DNA of 64,000 nt from Marinicella sp. (GTDB lineage Bacteria; Pseudomonadota; Gammaproteobacteria; Xanthomonadales; Marinicellaceae): positions 512,001 through 576,000 of the forward strand of contig OZ246001.1 in NCBI GenBank assembly GCA_965230295.1, given 5' to 3'. A program made the position numbers and the translations under genes. This document shows, one piece after another, positions 58,623-64,000 of the stretch (within the stretch, counting starts at the first letter, position 1; each line of letters begins with the position of its first letter). The notes below the pieces were generated by a model. The model was given only the letters and a program-made list of their open reading frames with translations. It was not told the DNA's origin and made no database searches.

Positions 58623-60896
58623 TCAGGTGTATTTTTTCAGTATCTTTTGCTTCATTTCAGCCAATGGCTTATCCCAATGAGGCTGCTCACCACCTTGCCG
58701 AAATAAGGTGGCCGTTGGGTACCACTCACTTTGGTTGCCGCTTAAATGCCAGCGCCAATCGGCATTTTGACACAACAGTATCCAGGTTTCTTTACCCAAT
58801 GCAGCCGCCAAGTGTGCGATGGCGGTGTCCACTGAAATGACCAAATCCATCTGTTCTACCAAGGCTGCCGTTCGAGCATAACCAGGCAGTTCAGGCTCAA
58901 GATCAATCACATCATGTTGCTTAAGCAAGTCTCGGTCTTCTGCACTCAAGGGCATTTGTAAAGAATAAAATTGAGCATCAACCCCATCGGTTACTTTCAA
59001 TAATTCTTTGAGTCCCACAGATCGGCTGGCATCATTGACATGGGTAGGCGATCCTGCCCAAGACAAGCCTATCTTAATGTCAGCTTCCAGCTGGCTGACA
59101 ACCACTTGTTTAGGGATATTGACATACCGTTTGGGGGCTGGCAAATTATCTAATGTGATGCCTAAATACCTGGGTAGGCTCATCAAAGGACAATAAACGT
59201 CAAACAAATCTTTACTCAAGGCTCCAGGGATGCGACTTTGACTGACGCCTGCAATTTCAGCGGCCAAAGGCGCTAAATTTTCAGGGCCAAAATAAATGAT
59301 CTCTTTGCACTTTTCCGCCAACATGGGCAAGAACCGCCAAAACATGATGTGGTCGCCATTGCCTTGTTCTGAATGTACCAGGATGGTCTTGTCGCTGATG
59401 TCTTCACCTTCCCACAAAGGCTTGTCGCATTTGAATGGAACAAATTGGGGGGTTTGCCAGCGCCAATCGTACTCGACCCAACCATTCTCATAATCTTGTT
59501 GCTTAAGCAGCAACATGCCTCGATTGAAATGGGCTTGGGCAAACTGTTGATCAGTAGCGATCGATTGATCAAACCAATTCATGGCTTGCGCATAATCTAA
59601 CTGTTCCATATAAGCACAACCCAGCGAGTTCATGGCCTCAGCATTATCTGGTTGCAATTGCAAAACCTTTTCAATCTGCTTAATGGCCTCTACCCATCGC
59701 TTGGCATCAACCAAACACAAACCATATTGGTGGTTGGCGGCGATGTGATCCGGGTGATGCTTTAAGATTTCTTTGTATTGTTTGAGGGCTTCATCCAGTT
59801 CAGCATTGACATGAGCCCTGGTGGCCATGTCCAGAGCGCCCTGAATCGGATCACCAGGGGCCAAATTGCTCAGCACTTCGTCTGACAACTCATATGAAGT
59901 GCTCAGAAATGGGCTTTGTCCATCAACAATGGCAGCAAACTGGTGTGGCAACACCTTGACTTCGAAGACTTCTTGCACATTCCCGGTAAACACCAGAAAA
60001 GCCACAATCTGCCCTGTTTGTGTGTCCACCACCCAAACGCCACTCTGTCTCTCTTCGACCCGTTTGGTTAAAGGCAAACCCGCGAATGTCGAACTTTCTC
60101 GTATTTGTGACAAGCCAATAATGGCATAGCGATCAATAAAATCCAGCCCCCGAGCAAAACCGGGTAATTCGGCCACCACCTCTGGAGCCTGATCGGGTAT
60201 CATTCTCATCAATTGTCCTGATCCTGATGACAAGAACCACAAGGCATTGTTGTACCAACGAGGAGAATGCGGCATGCACAAACCATCAACCATCACTTCA
60301 TTGGTGGTGATGTCCATGATTTGCCCGCCTGAGATTTTATTTTTTCGCCAGCCGCCAGGTTCATCGGATGCCCCCAACATACTCACATATCGGGGCACTC
60401 CATCACGAAAGCCCAAACCATTGAGGTGACAACGGTCAGTGAGGTCATAAGCTGTGATGAAAGGGGGTCGCCATTCCGGTTTAAAACTGTGGTCCTGATC
60501 CAGTGTCGCCAGACAAGACATTTTGGTGTTAATAAACCACAGCTTATCAAATTTATCATAGCCCATTTCATGGATATCGATGGTGCCTGTGACATGGCTT
60601 TTACGAGGAATATAACAGGCATCCACCTGATCACCCTGGCCTGTCTTTGGTCCCACAGCCGCCAAATTTCTGAATGTGGTGATGGAGTTGGCCCCGCCGA
60701 TTGCGAATTCATTGTTGCGCCTGGCAATGCCCATGGGACGTTCAAAAGCCATGAAGTGGGTGTTAACCCCTGCTTGTTGGGGTCGAACCATGACAACCTG
60801 TCCAGCCTGATAAGTGGTCACCAATAAATTACATTGACCTAAAGTGAGGAGTTCGCGGAATGAATCTGTGGTCTGACTGGAAAATGTTTCGGTCAT
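58623..60896 (-). CDS. TIGR03032 (DUF4915) domain fused to TPRs and a GT-B glycosyltransferase-like domain
   Basis: TTYQAG, FERPMG, IDIHE, DRCHLNGL, MPHSPRWY, LPGFARGL, GLSQIRE; TPRs; EQGNGD, PLMSLP, GLSWAG, DLVISVDTAIAHLAAALG, DWRW, WYPTATLFRQ. Confidence 0.88.
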   Translation of the reverse strand: MTETFSSQTTDSFRELLTLGQCNLLVTTYQAGQVVMVRPQQAGVNTHFMAFERPMGIARRNNEFAIGGANSITTFRNLAAVGPKTGQGDQVDACYIPRKSHVTGTIDIHEMGYDKFDKLWFINTKMSCLATLDQDHSFKPEWRPPFITAYDLTDRCHLNGLGFRDGVPRYVSMLGASDEPGGWRKNKISGGQIMDITTNEVMVDGLCMPHSPRWYNNALWFLSSGSGQLMRMIPDQAPEVVAELPGFARGLDFIDRYAIIGLSQIRESSTFAGLPLTKRVEERQSGVWVVDTQTGQIVAFLVFTGNVQEVFEVKVLPHQFAAIVDGQSPFLSTSYELSDEVLSNLAPGDPIQGALDMATRAHVNAELDEALKQYKEILKHHPDHIAANHQYGLCLVDAKRWVEAIKQIEKVLQLQPDNAEAMNSLGCAYMEQLDYAQAMNWFDQSIATDQQFAQAHFNRGMLLLKQQDYENGWVEYDWRWQTPQFVPFKCDKPLWEGEDISDKTILVHSEQGNGDHIMFWRFLPMLAEKCKEIIYFGPENLAPLAAEIAGVSQSRIPGALSKDLFDVYCPLMSLPRYLGITLDNLPAPKRYVNIPKQVVVSQLEADIKIGLSWAGSPTHVNDASRSVGLKELLKVTDGVDAQFYSLQMPLSAEDRDLLKQHDVIDLEPELPGYARTAALVEQMDLVISVDTAIAHLAAALGKETWILLCQNADWRWHLSGNQSEWYPTATLFRQGGEQPHWDKPLAEMKQKILKKYT

Positions 60897-60957
60897 GGCT
60901 TATTTTTAAAAGTTCAAACCATGCATTATGCCACTGAGTAAGCAAATAGTTAAGGCC

Positions 60958-60985
60958 AAAAAAACCCGAATAAATCGGGTTTTTC
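60958..60985. terminator. Intrinsic terminator after fahA
   Basis: AAAAAACCCGA-ataaa-TCGGGTTTTT. Confidence 0.85.
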
Positions 60986-61001
60986 TTAAGACCGATGAAC
61001 T

Positions 61002-61982
61002 TCAGAACTTAACCACCTTCTGATGTATGGTGCCAAATATATTTTGACCCTGGCTGTCAGTGATTTCAATTTTCACATCATCTCCAAAACTCATGAATGG
61101 TGTTTTGGGTGCGCCTTCAGCGATCACTTCCAAGACCCGTTTTTCTGCCAGGCAGGTTGAGCCTTTGGACATGTCATGGTTGGCAATGGTGCCTGAACCA
61201 ATGATGGCACCGGCAGCCAACGGCCTGGTCTTGGCTGCATGGGCCACCAGTTCAGCAAAATCAAATTGCATGTCAACACCGCAATCAGGTTCACCAAACC
61301 ATTCGCCATTCAACCAGGTTCTCATCGGCAAATGGATTTTGTCATCCTTCCATGCTGAACCCAATTCATCAGGAGTCACAAAAAATGGTGACAACGCTGT
61401 TCTTGGTTTCGATTGCATGAACCCAAATCCTTTGGCCAATTCAGCTGGAATCAAATTTCGCAAAGACACATCATTCAAGATACAGACCAATTGAATGTAT
61501 TGGCTGGCTTCTGAGGCACTGACATTCATCGGTACATCTGAAGTGATCACCGCAGCTTCGGCTTCAAAATCAATGCCATAGTCTTCACTGACCACTTCAA
61601 TGTCCTGGTTGTGCGCCAGAAAACCATCGCTGACTGCCTGGTACATCAAAGGATCTTGTTTAAAGCTGGGAGGCATGTCTGCACCTCTGGCCTTCCTGAC
61701 TCGCTCTACATGAGCCAAATAGGCACTGCCATCTAAAAACTGGAAAGCACGAGGCAACGGTGCCAACAAGTCGTTTAACGACAGGTTGAAGGCATCATTC
61801 AAGCCACCATGATTCAAATGTTCATACACAGTGTTTAACTGTGGTGCAATGGATTCCCAACTATCCAGGGCCTCTTGCATGGTCTGTGCAATGTGTGGCA
61901 CTTTAACGGCTTGGGTGCCAGCACGATTGACTACGATCAACTGGCCGTCTCTGGTTTGGTTATTTAAGGTTGCTAATTTCAT
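61002..61982 (-). CDS. fahA: Fumarylacetoacetate hydrolase family protein (homogentisate pathway)
   Basis: MKLATL, PLPRAFQFLDGSAY, DFEAE, NDVSLRNLIP.ELAKGFGF, GSGT; downstream of hmgA. Confidence 0.85.
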   Translation of the reverse strand: MKLATLNNQTRDGQLIVVNRAGTQAVKVPHIAQTMQEALDSWESIAPQLNTVYEHLNHGGLNDAFNLSLNDLLAPLPRAFQFLDGSAYLAHVERVRKARGADMPPSFKQDPLMYQAVSDGFLAHNQDIEVVSEDYGIDFEAEAAVITSDVPMNVSASEASQYIQLVCILNDVSLRNLIPAELAKGFGFMQSKPRTALSPFFVTPDELGSAWKDDKIHLPMRTWLNGEWFGEPDCGVDMQFDFAELVAHAAKTRPLAAGAIIGSGTIANHDMSKGSTCLAEKRVLEVIAEGAPKTPFMSFGDDVKIEITDSQGQNIFGTIHQKVVKF

Positions 61983-62137
61983 GTTATTTTCTGATATGTT
62001 TTATGTTTTTTTGACAACCTTTTAAAGTTGCCCTAATTATTATTTTACCAACTGAACCCCAGGCCCGCCATGCCTTTTGGATGGAATATGACAGGACATA
62101 GGGGCGGAAAAATGATTGCTTACTTCAATGCTGATGT

Positions 62138-63268
62138 TTATTTTGATTCACGCCAAGAGTTGACATACTCAGGCCATTCGACCTGTTCAGCAGCATCACA
62201 AACTTCCAATGGGTCACGTGTATCAATCATCACTGCCACTTCCTCGGTCATGGCATTTTTTTGCTCAAAAGCATTGTTCATGGCCTTGGGGTGTGGTCCA
62301 TGGGTAAACCCGGTAGGATGTAAAGTGATCATGCCAGGGTGGATGTTATCCCGTGAGAAAAAGTTACCAGCATGGTAAAACAACACCTCATCATAATCAT
62401 CGTTGTTATGATAAAACGGTACTTTAAGCGCTTCCGGATCAGTTTCAAACAACCTGGGTACAAAAGTACAAATCACAAATCGATTACCTAAAAATGTGGT
62501 GTGTGCTGAAGGGGGCACATGATATCGGTGGCTCATGACGGGTGAAATGTCACGCCAGTTCAAGGCCACAGGCATCAGATCACCTTGCCAACCCATCGCA
62601 TCCAGTGGATTGAATGGGTAGTTGATGGTCGAAATTTTCTGTAATCTTTTAACCAAAACTGTCCATGCATCCTCACTGTATTGGTCTTTAAAAGCCTCAT
62701 TGATCTCCGGCGTGCGGTAAACCGCAGCATCAACAATGGCATTCGGGCCTAACAAGCCTTTGTCAGGCAATTGGTAATGCCCATTGGTTGATTCCACCAT
62801 CAAAATTTGACAAGGGTTGGTGATTTCTAATCGCCACATGGTGCCTTTGGGTAACATCAGGTAGTCGCCCTCCTTGATCACCAGATGACCAAAATCACAG
62901 TACAGATCAGCCGTGCCTTGGTGAAAAAACAGCAAATCATCGCCATCGGCATTCCTGACCAGTTGTTGCATGCTGGTTTCCAAAGTCATTATGCGAATCT
63001 TAACACTGTTGTTTTTCATCAAAACATGCGCATCCCAGGGGGTTTCATGACCTGAACCAAATAAATTGGTGTCAAAAGCCCGTGGCCGATTGTCACCCTC
63101 GAAATCGGTCCAACCGGTGTGTTTATTGCGGTGATAAAAATGAGTCACAGGTCCGAAAAAACCCTCTTTACCCATCTCACGTTCAAAGCTGCCTTCTGGA
63201 AAACCCAAGTGGGCTTGCTTGGCCACCTTGCCTTGTTTCTTGTAAAAGTTAAACCACTTACCATTCAT
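62138..63268 (-). CDS. hmgA: Homogentisate 1,2-dioxygenase
   Basis: RNADGDDLLFFH, NPLDAMGWQG, PPSAHTTF, PFYHNNDDYDEVLFYH, HPTGFTHGPHP. Confidence 0.93.
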   Translation of the reverse strand: MNGKWFNFYKKQGKVAKQAHLGFPEGSFEREMGKEGFFGPVTHFYHRNKHTGWTDFEGDNRPRAFDTNLFGSGHETPWDAHVLMKNNSVKIRIMTLETSMQQLVRNADGDDLLFFHQGTADLYCDFGHLVIKEGDYLMLPKGTMWRLEITNPCQILMVESTNGHYQLPDKGLLGPNAIVDAAVYRTPEINEAFKDQYSEDAWTVLVKRLQKISTINYPFNPLDAMGWQGDLMPVALNWRDISPVMSHRYHVPPSAHTTFLGNRFVICTFVPRLFETDPEALKVPFYHNNDDYDEVLFYHAGNFFSRDNIHPGMITLHPTGFTHGPHPKAMNNAFEQKNAMTEEVAVMIDTRDPLEVCDAAEQVEWPEYVNSWRESK

Positions 63269-63284
63269 GATTCATGACTCCTTC

Positions 63285-64000
63285 TTATAAGTACCCACGA
63301 CGTTGTTGTTCTAACTCTATGGAATCGAACAAAGCCTGAAAGTTACCCTCGCCAAACCCTTCATTGCCCTTGCGTTGAATGATTTCAAAAAAGATGGGGC
63401 CTATGGCTGTATTGGTAAAGATCTGTAATAAAATTTGTTTTTGGGTGGCTTCATCGGCATCGATCAAAATGTGATTGCGCTGCATGCGTGCGACATCTTC
63501 TTCATGATTAGGTACACGGCGATCGATGATGCTGAAATAAGTTTCTGGAGTAACCATGAACTCCACGCCAGCTGCCCGCATGGACTCTACCGACTCATAA
63601 ATGTTGTCGGTAAATAAGGCAATGTGCTGAATGCCTTCGCCTTTGTACTCATCCAGATATTCATTGATTTGAGATTTGGGGTCTTCTGATTCGTTCAAAG
63701 GAATCTTGACCGATCCATTTGGGCTGGTCATGGCTTTAGAAACCAAACCTGTTTTTTGTCCCTTGATATCAAAATATCTGATTTCACTGAAATTAAAGAG
63801 GTCTTCATAGTATTGACTCCATTTCTCCATGTTACCGAAGTAAACGTTGTGAGTCAGATGATCAATAAAAGTCAACCCAAAACCGGTAGGTGACTGGTGC
63901 ATGCCTACAATGTCTTCAAATTCGGCAACTAACATGTCTGCATAGCTTTGTTTATCCAATATATACAAAGCGGCATCACCGATCCCTTTGATGGCTGGAA
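63285..64000 (-). CDS. hppD: 4-hydroxyphenylpyruvate dioxygenase, 3' part (5' end beyond window)
   Basis: PAIKGIG at the window edge, IDHLTHNV, GEGIQHIAL, LLQIFT, FFEIIQRKGNEGFGEGNFQALF. Confidence 0.96.
   Translation of the reverse strand, partial: PAIKGIGDAALYILDKQSYADMLVAEFEDIVGMHQSPTGFGLTFIDHLTHNVYFGNMEKWSQYYEDLFNFSEIRYFDIKGQKTGLVSKAMTSPNGSVKIPLNESEDPKSQINEYLDEYKGEGIQHIALFTDNIYESVESMRAAGVEFMVTPETYFSIIDRRVPNHEEDVARMQRNHILIDADEATQKQILLQIFTNTAIGPIFFEIIQRKGNEGFGEGNFQALFDSIELEQQRRGYL

Noticed and set aside
274-63617. Numerous short ORF-track entries antisense or out of frame within long genes
   Set aside because: Fully overlapped by well-supported CDSs and lacking motifs; treated as shadow ORFs.

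Overview
64 kb of chromosomal DNA from a moderately AT-rich gammaproteobacterium. The gene content and the C-terminal D(V/I)(I/L)FxxxF(D/E/N) tails suggest a Marinicella/Xanthomonadales-like lineage (inference). Most of the window is housekeeping and metabolism: maf-rlmH-rsfS, ovothiol ovoA plus a PLP enzyme, a D-2-hydroxyglutarate-dehydrogenase-like gene divergent from serA, rnt, maiA, alaA, trhO, hppD-hmgA-fahA, two S8 proteases, SulP and a DEAD-box helicase. The standout is a minus-strand cluster at about 4.5-10.5 kb. It is a split-borosin (backbone alpha-N-methylated RiPP) locus built as a tandem duplication: [GNAT - borosin methyltransferase - precursor A1 - periplasmic helical-sensor GGDEF] then [GNAT - precursor A2 - periplasmic helical-sensor GGDEF]. 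Precursor A2 (6386..6553, 55 aa) is missing from the ORF track. It shares its leader, Cys-x3-Pro-acidic tail and 5'UTR with A1 but differs in the core (LICLLLP vs LKCAHHP), which suggests two peptide/receptor pairs feeding c-di-GMP. Other notable items are a highly structured non-coding island (12.3-13.0 kb) with four related GNA-triloop/GA-mismatch hairpins and several GGA-loop hairpins, a REPIN-like repeat cluster after rnt, a TIGR03032-TPR-glycosyltransferase fusion next to two paralogous surface proteins, and several fusion or degenerate proteins. No rRNA, tRNA, CRISPR array or transposase was recognised. All family assignments come from motif recognition by eye, not database searches.
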